Part shown: piece by piece, positions 1 to 13,312 of the stretch
Layout of the letters: each line of letters starts with the position of its first letter
How positions within the stretch are numbered: position 1 is the first letter of the stretch
Origin: Ylistrum balloti
Taxonomy: Eukaryota
Direction of reading: 5' to 3'
DNA length: 64,000 nt
Assembly: GCF_031769215.1 (NCBI RefSeq)
Contig: NW_026782621.1
Span: forward strand, 186,001-250,000
Translations under genes and position numbers: made by a program
The notes under the pieces: generated by a model
Told to the model about the DNA's origin: nothing
The model's input: only the letters and a program-made list of their open reading frames with translations
The model's database searches: none

Positions 1-2231
1 TCTAAGATAAAAACATTGCTTGGGTGTCATTAATGTTTCTAAAACAGAGCGATCATCCATGTTTCAAAGCTTTTTGTTTTTACACCCACGCTACATGGTT
101 AATTTAGTATTACAAAACACAGACGCTTTAACCGTCTTATTAAAGAACAATAAAAATGCCAACTACACCATTTGCGGGGAACGTATTAAGACTGCAGGAA
201 CATTTCTCATGGTGGAAGTTTCCATTCATACTCGAACCTGTGTTCACTCTCGTAAAAGGTTGCAGACGTTCATACTGATCTTTACACGTATAAGAACATT
301 TGATATATGACGTTTTTATTGCTATTCTCGAAATGAAACATATTGACATAATAATTGGCCGATTCCACGTCCATCATAATGAGTTCGTTAATGAAACTCA
401 ACGTGTTAGTGCCACGTGTTACAGCCAAATATACAGATGATAGCATTAATATTTTAACAACAGACGCCGTTGGAAATACAATGTTCTGTTCGCGTTTTAT
501 TATCATTATTCCCGATTTAACTTCGTTAAAAGTTGGATACGTCAGTGGAAATTTCGAATTAGATTTCAGGTTTCGATGACATATCACCAACAAGGATGCC
601 AGACTGTTCTGGAGTTATTTTGAATGTATATTGCTTAATGTTAATAACAATGGTATTTATTATTTTGCTTTCTACCTAATGATATATTGCATCTTTGCTC
701 AAGGTCGCCATATTACTCATTTTGATCACATAATAACCGCCGCTGTTAAGTTGTAACTTTTTAATCCATTGATTACATTTCAACAAGGCAAGTTGTATAT
801 CCAGCATATAAAGACATGTGAGATATGTTTTACATTAATATGTATTACAACTACATTATTGAATTTTTTTTTACAACACAGCAATAGAATCTATATTTTG
901 TAAAGAGTGACCTAAGCATAAATATCATACATATGCTTCATTCAAATCGACATAGACCAAATATCATGCTGTATAAATATGTTTTGCCAAGAGGTCAATA
1001 CATAATAGGATCTTTAGTGAATGTTCATTTCATGTGATTTTTTTTAATGAATCCGGTCTTAGAATTTTTTTTCAATTTCTGCGAGATTTAAAACATTAAA
1101 ACACCGTGATGGTTTTTTTTCTTAATATCATAGGAAACTAAAACAAAGATAAGGTACCTTTTATAATATATGTAAAAAATGATATTTTGACAGGTTGAAG
1201 GGTTGAAATGTGGAGGACAAAAACAAACTAAAACTGCCATTTTGTTACATCATTTTAAATTCATGGCATTGTTCATACTTAAAAACGTCCACATACGCAA
1301 AAGTATAACTATAATGCATTAAATGGATAACAGGCCGCAAATGTGATTAAAAGTAATAATTTGAATTCGTTCAAGAAATAACATTCCATAACATATACAG
1401 CAATATCATAGTCCAAGATAAATTAATGACCTAAACAGCTAGGTATAGACGACAGTGTATAGCAAACCAAAATGCCATATGAAAAAATATTCTTAAAATA
1501 TTTATAGGGAAAAACATACAATGTGCAATTTTTGATTAAATATGAGGGCCAGTATACTTAACAGAAATATGTTTACATGAGGACGTAATATGTGTTATAT
1601 GGAAAAGAATAGGAAACAACATCCGTTAACAAAATAAATTATCATTTCCTTTGTTACAGTTTGCTTGTACATTTCCCCAATAACAATCTATATTTGAAAT
1701 GAACTGTTGATATTTCGATATTTAGTACTTTAAGGTTTTGTCATTCTGATAAGATATGGTGAACCCGTTGCACTCTTCCACTATCGAAATATGCCAAAAT
1801 GATGACGTAAATCTGTTGATTGTTGCAGTGACTTTTAATGGTGCAATATTCTATATTTACTTTTTCATTCTACAATGATTTACGTTAAAATAGGAGAAAG
1901 ACTAAAGATAATTGTAAGTGATAATTAAGACAGACTTTCGCCGTTACATCACTGGATGATCTTTTGAAAGATTTGGATGTTGTTTAAAACGACACGTAAC
2001 CCGATGGTACATGATTGTTTTGCATGAAGGTTAATAGCTAAATCGATAAAATCTGTTTACCTGTGGCACAAAAACGATTATTTTTTCTCCCACCTTCTTC
2101 TATCATCAAAGTATGGTGAAAATGATGACGTAATGTTGTTGTTCGTTATAGTGTTTAATCGTACGATGTTCTCTTTTATGAACTTTTTATGAAATAATTA
2201 CACAAACATTATCATAACTCTGAATATAAAC

Positions 2232-2672
2232 ATGTAAAGTTTAAAAGTAAAAGGTGTTATAATTAATAACCATAACATAGATGTGTAAAGTTTAAAAGTA
2301 AAAGGTGTTATAATTAATAACCATAACATAGATGTGTAAAGTTTAAAATTAAAAGGTGTTATAATTAATAACCATAACATAGACGTGTAAAGTTTAAAAG
2401 TAAAAGGTGTTATAATTAATAACCATAACATAGATGAGTAAAGTTTAAAATTAAAAGGTGTTATAATTAATAACCATAACATAGACGTGTAAAGTCTAAA
2501 ATTAAAAGGTGTTATAATTAATAACCATAACATAGATGTGTAAAGTTTAAAAGTATGTTATGATTAATAACAAATAACATAGACATGTAAAGTTAATCAG
2601 TAAAAGGCATTATAAATAATTGCCCAGAACACTGACGTGTAAAGTTTAAAAGTAAAAGATGTTATAATTATT
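2232..2672. repeat. 51-bp minisatellite, about 9 copies (first 6 near-identical)
   Basis: Unit TGTAAAGTTTAAAAGTAAAAGGTGTTATAATTAATAACCATAACATAGATG. GTAAAG anchors at 2234, 2285, 2336, 2387, 2438, 2489 and 2540, then degenerate copies at about 2587 and 2639. It explains the 17-aa periodic ORF 2198-2533. Confidence 0.95.
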
Positions 2673-5600
2673 AGTGTAACGATCTTGGCCTCATCAAAAC
2701 TAAAACTGTCAACAGGAAAAACATGGCAATATTCTCTTGTTCTAAATCATTGTTATTTTATAATGATTATGAACTTTCTTTTGCTTTGATCATCAACCCC
2801 TTTTTCAGTCGTACATGATGATGTTAACGTTAGAGGTAAATCCCGGTGGGATGATCCAATACCACATGCGGTCCTGTTACAAATGCAGTTGTTTAAATAA
2901 TTGACAAAAATCTATTTTTAAACATTTAATACTCACAAGACATGTTATTAATCACTTTAAATATTTAAATGGAATTATTCAGGAAAGTGATCTTGTTGTA
3001 TGTTGTAGAATGAAACAATTCAATGACATTATGTTGCAGAAAAAATAGTCGTTACCATGGCATTAAATAAATAATGTTTTAATTAAAATTTCTAAAAATA
3101 CTCTCGATCGTTGTGTATTTATTAACGTAAAGGGAGATAAACTGGATAATGGAGTTGAAAGTAATTTATGTCAAAAATACGGAACTACGTAACAACGATA
3201 TGACGTGGAAAATGATTTTTTTCTGTTGACTCTGTGACGTCACATTATAGTATTGTTACATCATCAGTGTAGCTCATAACGTTTGCTATATGACACTATG
3301 TGTAACATTTTACTAGATGAACCAAATCCTTGAAATAACGAATTATTCCAACTTACCACCCAGAATTCTGTCCTGATACAAATGCGGTTGACCTTCTTAT
3401 TGAGCAAGACTTGAATATCACCGTAAGTGATGATTTAGAAAGACTAAATTATACCAATGAAATGCTTTCAGAAGACATTTCGTTGGAAGACCTGTATCAT
3501 TTTAATTTTCTTTTTAAATACAAATATCTGTTTAAGATATCTTTAGCTTATACCCCTAGAAATATGTTTTAAAGCACTGGATTCCAAGAAGACAATTATA
3601 TCAGCGAGAAAAAACACTGTTAATTTAGCCATGTGCCACTGACTAGAACTGGAACCAAATATAAACAGCATACTTTTTAACATTTCTGTTATTTGTCGTC
3701 TTTTTTCTATCTGATGCATCTCATTATACATAACAATACAGCTAGGGCACACCTTGCCAAAATTCATGTATTCCTTCACCTATGTCCCACTGTTGCATTT
3801 TAATATTCATAATTGGAGAAATATTTGGGTCCTATATTGCAATGACGAACAAGACTGCACAAGTTCTCTAGTCGCTTTAAGAATTTATTTTAGATAAAGT
3901 ATAGCGCTGTCGTGTTATCTTATTACCATATATACCTACAAGAACTGATGTACCATTTCTAATGCACCAACACTGTACGGTCTTCACCTGTGGCCATTTA
4001 ATACACATTCAACAGTACGCACACCTAACCATAGAACAGTTATAAAACACCTGAGGTTAACAGTACTATCTCTTCTCCCAGGTGAGTCTGGAAAGAAATA
4101 CATTACACAGATTTGTGATCCGTAGACATGTAAATCGGATCCCATTAGAATCAATAGCATAGCTTGCGTTGTTGTCGCTGATCCGGACCGCAACGGTCGT
4201 TATTCGGGTCACGCCGTGCTCCGTACAGCGAGCGGTCCCGTGCAGACCTGGACACGGCCCATAGCCGACGTTATCCTTCATTGTAACCACTGGGGCCTGC
4301 AAGTGTTAAATGGAAACAAATAATTTAACATACATCACTAATCACTATTCTTGTCACGTGATACACTGGCATCACGACAAAATGTCTTTTATTTACAATC
4401 TATCTGTAATACTATTTCGCACTGTACAGTACTATATGTGTTATCTTTAGGAACCAACACGTTGGGGAAACATTTCACTGAGACGGAAAAAAACATTACT
4501 GGTGATAAATCTATAAACCAAATTTAGAAAAGCAAAACACCATTTTCTGAGAGAAATAACTTCCATCGCAGGGATTCAGAGATCTTGATAAGATTTCAGA
4601 TGGCTATGTATAAGATTAAAAATGTTCTTGTGTGAAAAACGTATCCTGTATTTTCTTGTGGCAGGGAATATCAAAACTTGTGACCCTTGACGAGAGATGG
4701 GCAGGCTTTACTCTCTTTATTGTGTATCAGGGACGGCAGAGGAGTGTGGCCATTGGAGGAGGATCCGGCAGGAGGCCCTCGGGGGCACTGTTGAGTAACG
4801 AGGGCGTCTGGTTAGTGTTTCTCTGTGACAGACTTACCTGCTTCCATTGGCTGCTCGCCACCTGTTTCTCGAGTTTTTAGTGGGCCAAGTATAAATGGCC
4901 GAATTCTGATCATATGAAGGTACATCACCGATAACCTATGATTATGTCTTGCAAGCACATCTTACCTATGCATTTGTATTAATTATGCAGCATTGTACAG
5001 CAAAATCTACCTCTCTCTTTAAATTCTTGTTTTTGTGAAAAAAAATAATAATAAACTAAAAATGTTGCTTTCTTGACTACGTCTTTTAAAAGTTTCAAAC
5101 GAAGCGAATATACACGAGTGGAAGTATACAAGGTTGATACTTCGTTACAAAAACTTAGCTGCCGTTACACAGACGAGGTAAAAATACGTACATGTTTAAA
5201 ATCAAGAAGGAAAACATCGAATCACACCATGAGAATTAAAAAGAAAGAAAATAGCACTCTTTGCCAGCCTTTAAAATGATATATAAAAGTATTTTTGTTT
5301 CTTAAAACGAATACAATTAGTGACGATCAATCTTCTGCTCTTTGTTATGAATTTGCTTTTCTCTTGTTTAGAATAAATCACATGTACTTAACGTTATACC
5401 CCTGCCCTGAAGAAGTCTGCATACAAGTTATAGATCATATTATAAAACATCGTCAAATGTTAATTTCATCATATCCAACATTATGAAATATCCATACTTT
5501 CTACTATGTTTGTAACTTTTCTCGTTACTAGTATACCTCGTCCTCTATGGAAACGTCGGCCTGACATTGGGCTCGTACTTAAAAAAGTCCCAGAATTATC

Positions 5601-7664
5601 CCTAAATTTAGGTATCAAAGTAAATGTGTATTTAAGTGTTGTAGGTTACAAAGTGGTTCATCTCTGACTGCCGATAAGACATTGAACTTTGTTTGAGTAA
5701 TCTTGCGATAAAGTTATTAATTGTCTTGACCAAAATTCAGTCCTCTTTTAATTCTGTTATGTAGTGTTCAGTGAATCACAGCGCGGTATGTTTCAAAGGA
5801 AATTCTAATTATTTCCGTAAATAAAATTCTACACTTTTTTAAGCTCGATTCATTGGTATATACTTCACCTTTGACATTGCATCTCTTTGTTAAGTTTTAT
5901 CTTAATTTTGATTGAAATTATAGAGCAGTGGGGCAGGAGCCTAGGCGGTGAATGGCCGGCGGAAGTAGACGACTGTGATGAGGCTGCGTCTGATGTACGA
6001 CAGTTTTATTGCCGTCCGCCATTGCAGTGTCTCTAGGCGGATTATAAGACAAAACGGAAAGAGCATGTGGCCAGATACTTGATCCCGTCAGATTATTCAA
6101 TTACAAACACAGATAGCGAAAGATAGGGAAAACAGTAGTAGCCACAGACCCACCACTAACAACGATAAAGATCATACGTCATATGTCACGTGACCAAAGG
6201 AAAATAACAACAACTTGACCGATAGCAGCTTTCGTTAATTGACATACTGATAATCCAAAAGAATGGATACCGTCATTTGCGTCATAATACTGATTCACAG
6301 AATTTAGTTTTTCTTTTGGAATAATTTTTCACTTATTAAGGAGACTAACTTTCTAAGATTAATATAGATCTAGCACTCAATTCGAAAATGTAGCAGATTT
6401 GAGCTGTAAAGTTCGCTTCATAGGGATAATTTGTAAACAAATTTGCCTTTACTGTTCATCTGTTCTGCATTGTTTGTCCTTTCATGTTCTCAAATTATAC
6501 TTAATGTATCGTTTATGAAACATAATCATAGATAGTTTCAACAACCATGATAATTTTCATATTTTCTTTTTTAACGTAAGACACACGAATATTAATGCAC
6601 TTCTCACATATGCTTAAGAGAATATCATACCAATTAATACTATAAAAAGAGTAATTTACAGCAGTGCTCTATATGCATTAAGGACTCTGTACCGACTGTC
6701 TATTTCATCATCTCTAAAGCCGTTTTAAAAGCTAAATTTCATTGGACATTCTAACATATGTAAATCTACTCATTGTTCAAGCTCGTAAGCATCATTTTCA
6801 TATTTCAAATAATGTGACACGTTCATAAAGCTATGACAATGCGGCAATCTTTATCTGAGACCTTTTCAAGATGGAAGACTAGCCGAATATAACCATATCA
6901 AAACAGAATCCTGAGTTTCGGGATTTGTTTGAAAACTTCTCCATTTTCAGAGCTACTCGAAGTCAAACGTAGGGTAAATAGCGTATATATTTCAGTACAT
7001 TGTATTTTATAATGAGACTTCCTGTCTCAGTACCGACATATGTATTTCACTATAGGGGCAAATTAACCGTTCTGTACCTGATGCCCCTATGAGATGAGGT
7101 CGGATCAGGGTAAGGTCAAATTAGGGTGTACAAAGGTCAAAGGTTACTGAGAGTAAACTTAAGGCTAATTGACCACAATTCTTCCGAGCAGGATATATTT
7201 TATGGTTTTAGGATAGGACTGTTGGAAAGTTTGCTTATTGAATACTAATAGCTCTAAAATCAAAGAAAAAGCTTAACTGAACTTTCTGTATTTAATATAT
7301 TATATGTACATAATCAACTTTTACATTATTAATTTATCATTAATTTAAGTTTCCAAGTTTTAATTTGCTCTGAGGAACTGACAATGTCATCTGACATAAA
7401 ATATCGACTGATGGTGGTTAATTATATGCTACTATTCATTTTCTAGCTAGTTTACCTAGTCCGCAAAGCACTTAAACATTACTAGATATTTGCTACTTAG
7501 AATATTGCAACAATCGTTCGAAAATTTGTTTTTAAAACACCCGATTTAAAATCCCGCTTGTGATATTTTTTTATGTCGTTAACTACTTCTAGGATGCTGG
7601 GAGAAGGGGAATGACACAAATGTATATTATTTCCGATAAACATTTTAAATACTGTTAAAAAATG

Positions 7665-8070
7665 GTAGACAAAATACAGCTGACAGCAATAAACACAAAA
7701 AACGACAAAAATTACAACCTTTGATGACAACAAAACAAACTTTGGTGACAGCGAAACAAATACAACATAAAATATAATAACAACGAACAACGCATATGGA
7801 ATACTAAGAAAATGAATTTTTGGTGATAGCAAAAGACGCACATGGCGTCAGAAAAAAAAACGATAAAATAAAATACGATGACAACAACAACAAAAAAAAA
7901 CACTATGGAGACAAAACAAGGACATAAAGTATGTCGAGAGCAAAATAAAACACAGCAGAAAATATGGTGACAGGAAAAATATGTATATGAATGTGTTATG
8001 GTACAGTAAAAAAAATTAAAATGCGGCAAAACCAAAAAGACAAGAACAAAATCAGCCACAGGCTAAAATG
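7665..8070. repeat. Degenerate A-rich repeat tract with recurring TGRTGACA core
   Basis: Strong A/C skew on + with repeated cores TTTGATGACAAC, TTTGGTGACAGC, TTTGGTGATAGC, ACGATGACAAC, TATGGAGACAA and TATGGTGACAGG, separated by A-rich spacers. Confidence 0.6.
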
Positions 8071-8424
8071 AAACACCAGGTTACCACCGAATGCCTTTGT
8101 GTTCTTGAAGGTATGGAGAATATTCTAAGACAACTATCAAATTTGTAAAAAAAAAAAAAAAAAAAAAGAAGCTTTGGTTTCAGCTTCATTATGGTAGTGT
8201 TGTTCTTTTTTAATCCTTAGGAACGTTTCTGAGAAAACCATAGTTATCATACATTTGTCGTTACAGAATTTGGATTCGGAATCAGTTTCGGACCATTGGT
8301 GCATCTAGATACGAAGTCAATTTCTTGATTTGGCTCATTGATTGGTTTACATGTGAAACATTTAGACTCATATTCTTTTTCGTGATTATCAATTGATGAA
8401 TATATGGATGTAAAGATTATCATA

Positions 8425-8830
8425 TCTTATCTCTTCGCAAACGAAGTTTTAGGGATAAAGGACCTACGTAAGTATGTTACACTTTCTTGTCAGCCCACTA
8501 GCGACTTCATCCCTAAAACAATTTCGATCAAACCTTGTCAACACTATAGCGACTTCATTTAGCGATGAATTTTAATCAAACTTCACACACCTATGAAGAA
8601 TTATGATGTATATCTTGGAGGATTTTCCTTGTCAGGGTTAGTGGATTAAAGTAAAGGTCATTGTGATTTTTTTCAGAAATCCTTGGCAGTACTTTTCTGG
8701 CTTCGTTTCTCGGGGGATTTCAAATAAAGTTTACACACTTATAAAGGACCATTATATCTCGGACAAGTCGTTGCAGAGTTATAGGCTCAACGTCAATATC
8801 ATTGTTTATAGGAAATCACTGTAAGCACTC
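8425..8830. mobile_element. Probable non-autonomous Helentron-associated (HINE/MITE-like) element remnant
   Basis: Imperfect terminal hairpin TTATCTCTTCG-caaa-CGAAG...AGGGATAA, an inverted ATCCCTAA copy at about 8510, and internally duplicated ATCAAAC(C/T)T and TAGCGACTTCAT segments. Family assignment is from recognition only. Confidence 0.4.
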
Positions 8831-10736
8831 TAGCAGCTTCCTTTATTTGGGGATTTTCATCAAACTTCACACTTACGAATTACTATAAAATCTGAAGGAA
8901 GTTTGAGATTTAATTTGTTGAAACAAATGATTTTATATCCGAAAATAAATGATAAGAAATAAAGTTCCGTTGTATCGTTAAGTTTGGAATCATTTTTCCG
9001 CGCTAAACAATTATTTTGGCGCAATAATAAAAAAAGAAAACAAACTGTTGAAGTTTTCAATAGCCTAAATTTTCAATAAATGTCACAGGAAAAATAAAAT
9101 AAAATAAAAACACGGTCAGTGTTTAAAATACAAGCTACATTTTGTCTCGGAAGAGAAATACAAATATGGCTAACTAAATGCTCGCCTCCTTTGTCTTTCT
9201 TCACTCTTATTAAAATACTGCTTAGGTTTGAAGATACCGACCATTTCTCTGTTTACAGCATTTTATTGGCAGAGGGGCGATAACTCTTATACACTAAAGA
9301 TGATCGACTGTATATGAGAATTCAATTGTTTCGTCCTTGGTATATTAGTAACATGAAATTAAACGATCAACTGAACTTATTTTGATTGACAGACAAATGG
9401 ATAATGGTTTAACATTTATAACCAGTGTCCAAATTAATAAGAATATATAATATATTTTGTTCAATATATATACTTTTTAAATGGCTCTTTAAACATTTTA
9501 GAATTGAATTATTTAAGTATTGTCATAACACAGCAACATTCACGGTTCTAGCAAAATTGTTCTGTTAAAAAGCCCGTGTTATTGAAATCTAAGGAAAATA
9601 TTAGAAACAAAAAAAAATCCACGAATTTAGTTCTTACTTTTAATATATTGCAGTAGATATTCAAAATATCTAGATATCTAAAGTACATTTTAGAGTAAAC
9701 ACAAATGTGACCAAAGGACATTCTCTATCATACTTTTGAAAATATCTAAGTAATATCAATATCTTTGAAGACTGATTTACTGCAGGCCGTGTCGTCACGA
9801 CAACATGTTAATTTACTTAATGTCCACATGTTGGTGTCTTTATTACGTAATTGTATAATGTATGTAGCTATAACTTTAGAGTTCAACAGGGAAATTAATT
9901 TGAGATCACTGGATTCATTAGTGTATACTTCATTCAAAACTATTTCCACTAAGACGACTTAAAAATTAAATACCGAGACATTGAAGTAGTATAAGATTTA
10001 CAATTCATCGTAAAAATGGGGAATTCTTTTAAACTTTATCCGAATTTGAACGTGTCGGTGCATTTGCTTTCTGAAACTGAACTAGGGAAACTATTTGTAT
10101 GCCTTTAAAGTTTTAGAATAAATTATTCTACTCTAGAAAGACATAATTTGCCTATTGCAACGAATTTTAAAGTTAACAAGACCAGTGAAAACGAACGTCT
10201 GGTATATCCGCTTTACAAGAGTAAACAGGAAGGACATCATTGACACAATTTCCTATATGACGTCTCGTGACACCATCATTGTTAAATTTATAAAAGGGAA
10301 ATAATTGCCTGTGAACATGACTAACATTTACGTTGTTGTTTCGATAAAATATACATAGTATGTATATGACTATCTGTATCTTAATAAGATCAGAAAACAT
10401 AAAAAAATAATGTCTTGATATGTTGATGTATTCATGCGGCTTTCATAAATACGTTTTCAGCACGTGTAATACCTGTTAACAACACACGATATGACGAATA
10501 CAAATACAATATCTCGACGCAATTCCCTCGTGTTATGTCGATTTCCAAGAAGATTGATTTTGTCCAGTAGATAAAACAAAAACGGATTTCAAATAATTTT
10601 AAGTAATGAACATTGATGATTTGGTTTATTCTTACTTCATATCACGTGTTATGTATGATATGGTGCCTCTGTAAACAGTTGAATTCCATGGTCATGTCAT
10701 TCGTCTTATGACCTGTTTGTTAAGATCATATCCAAA

Positions 10737-11478
10737 AACAGAACATTGTCAACGACTATCACAAACAGAACATTGTCAACGACTATCACAAACAGAACAT
10801 TTTCAATGTATATAACTAACAGAACATTGTCAACGACTATCACTAATAAAACATTATCAATAACTATCACAAGTAGGACTTTTTCAATGGCTATCAAAAA
10901 CAGAACAATGTCATTGACTATCACTAATAAAACATTATCAATAACTATCACAAGTAGAACTTTTTCAATGGCTATCAAAAACAGAACATTGTCAATAAAT
11001 ATTACAAACAGAACATTGTCTGACTATCACAAATAGGACATTGTCACTGACTATCAAAAACAGAACATTGTCAATAACTATTACAAACAGAACATTCGGC
11101 AATGACTTTCACAAACAGAACATTGTCAATAACTATTACAAACAGAACATTGTCTGACTATCACAAACAGAACATTGTCAATGACTATTACAAACAGAAC
11201 ATTGTCTGACTATCACAAACAGAACATTGTCAATGACTATTACAAACAGAACATTCGGCAATGACTTTTACAAATAGGACATTGTCACTGACTGTCACAA
11301 ACAGAACATTGTCAATAACTATTACAAACAGAACATTGTCAATAACTATTACAAACAGAACATTTGGCAATGACTTCACAAACAGAACATTGTCACTGAC
11401 TATCACAAACAGAACATTGTCAATAACTATTACAAACAGAACATTGTCAATAACTATTACAAACAGAACATTGTCAAT
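10737..11478. repeat. 27-bp minisatellite, about 27 copies, with a higher-order 81-bp duplication
   Basis: Consensus AACAGAACATTGTCAATAACTATTACA, with 25- and 28-bp variants. A 3-unit block at 10841 is repeated at 10922. It accounts for the periodic ORFs at 10706-11496. Confidence 0.95.
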
Positions 11479-12459
11479 GTAGCTTGCCCAGTACAAAATG
11501 TAGGATTAGATTCTATAGTCATTTCAACGTCAGCTAGTATGCTCCGGAGTTTCCATGAGGTGAGTAATTCCAATGGAAAATACGCAGGATAACTTGTTTC
11601 CTGGAATAGTCAATACAGATTTGATGTATTTCTTACCAGATTCTATATCTGCTGTTTGTGGAAACTTGAGGCTTGCAGATAGTCAAGAATACACACCATG
11701 TCCAATTCAAGCCCCTGTCTTTGTCGAATTTCCATTGCGTTTGCCTCACACTCGATGTAAAGTCCTTGGTTGATGAAATTACTCAGGTTGTTGGAGTCCG
11801 TCACTTGATATCTACTGCGCAGCTTGTAATGTTTGGCAAATACTTGACAGTATGAAGAGTTTAAATGTATTTAATTCATATATTTGGTTAAAATCTTGTA
11901 TCTGTAACTTTTTGGTTTCAAACTTTTCTTGTTCTTTCGTTAAGCAATACTTTTAACAAGAATCACAGTCCCTTTTAATAGTGTTTGGACAAACTTTTCT
12001 TCACCAAACTGTATATATGCTGTTGGAAATCATTTCTTTGAGTAAGACTTGGTAAAGTGACTAAACCGAGAGTCATTTGGGCTAATTGTATGTCCTGGAA
12101 TGTTGGTAACTTCTCCATTTTTCCACCATCACCCTAGTGATTCACTTCGCCTTTATTACAGATATAGTTATATGTTTTAGTAGTTTCCTGTAGTCTGTGG
12201 AATAGATGTTTATATCTCCTAATAAGTGACTCCTTGAGAACGGGAAATACCACATTATTGCGACATTAACACAGCTGTTCTATCAAATAAATACTTCCAC
12301 CTTGGCGTGGAAGGATTTCTAGTAACAATTAACATCGTTCTTTCCTTTTTCTCCTGTGTTTCTTCGTTCACAATCAGTTGGTTTGAGTACGTCGTCTTCT
12401 TTCAAATGATTACATACATCTTTGGGATCTACATCATCCACTAGAGCAATCCATTTCAG
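11479..12459 (-). pseudogene. Decayed third paralog of the CARD-CARD/helical-domain family (internal deletions, frameshifts, stops, 3' truncation)
   Basis: Manual minus-strand translation gives WIALVDDVDPKDVCNHLKEDDVL...RKERC*LLLEILPRQG (CARD1), LIEQLC*CRNNVVFPVLKESLIRRYKHLFHRLQE (end of CARD2), IHLNSSYCQVF, NLSNFINQGLYIECEANAMEIRQRQGLELDMVCILDYLQAS, TADIESGKKYIKS, YPAYFPLELLTS and KLRSILADVEMTIESNPTFCTGQA. All are collinear with the paralogs at 14505 and 21369. Confidence 0.9.
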
Positions 12460-13220
12460 CTGAAACAAGGAAACATATTATTTTTCATGGTGCAAAAATA
12501 AGGATTTCAACGAAACATCAGATGATATTCCACGACGAACCAACTGAACACAGGACGCGTATTGTTTATGTGATGTGAATAATAATGAGAGCACGTTCCG
12601 AAAGTCTATTTGTTTAGAGAGACTTTGCGTTCTTTTAAGATATTTCCTTAATGGTCATGATTAGATCCCCCGAATGAATGAATGTAAATTCTAGGAGTGA
12701 ATTAACATAACCTCTTCGCGACAGACATCATCAGCTTGAAGAGGAATGAAGGTTTTTAGGGGAGTGGGGGGACTTCATAATTCGCTAAGACGGAAAGGTG
12801 TCCAGCACTGGGAAATGTTACAAAAACACCCAATGTAAGGGGAAGTATCAAGTTAAGATTACTATAAGGTCAGGTATTGCTGCCAATTCTGCTATCATAA
12901 CATTTGTTTAGGACAATTTCAAGATAATGTCGACAAAGATTCAGCTGAATCCTACCCGGAACTTGAGAAGATGCCTTTCAAAGACACCTGTTACCTTGAA
13001 CGTGGGTCGAGGTCATTTATATTACCAAAATTGAAAGCCAATAACATGTAATTTTTTAGCCTTTGCGCCTTGTAGAATATGAGAATGAGTAAATTAAATT
13101 TATAATTTGTACTTTGACCCCTGCCAAAAACCGAAAGTTGGCATGTAACAAAAATTATTTCCTGAAAATAAATGTTATTTTCTTGTGATCCTATATAACA
13201 TATACATATCCAAAGATGGA

Positions 13221-13312
13221 TTGCGGCAATTTTTTTGTTTTTGCTTTTTTGTTTTTGTTTTTGCTTTTTTTGTTTTTTTTTTTGTTTTTTTTTTTGTTTT
13301 GTTTTTTTTTGT
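13221..13312. repeat. T-rich (TTTTG)n simple repeat
   Basis: Run of TTTTTG/TTTTGC units visible directly. Confidence 0.8.

Noticed and set aside
20-593. Several overlapping 70-100 aa ORFs at the window start
   Set aside because: No recognisable domain or consistent splice structure.
2198-2533. 111-aa ORF with repeating MLWLLIITPFNFKLYTS
   Set aside because: It is a translation of the 51-bp minisatellite; no splice or domain support.
7497-8059. Hydrophobic minus-strand ORFs resembling membrane proteins
   Set aside because: Artefact of the A-rich low-complexity tract (T-rich codons on the minus strand).
10706-11496. Mucin-like TITNRTLS and hydrophobic VIDNVLFV ORFs; CRISPR-like appearance
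   Set aside because: These are products of a 27-bp tandem array. Frames break at the 25/28-bp units, there are no unique spacers, and the context is eukaryotic.
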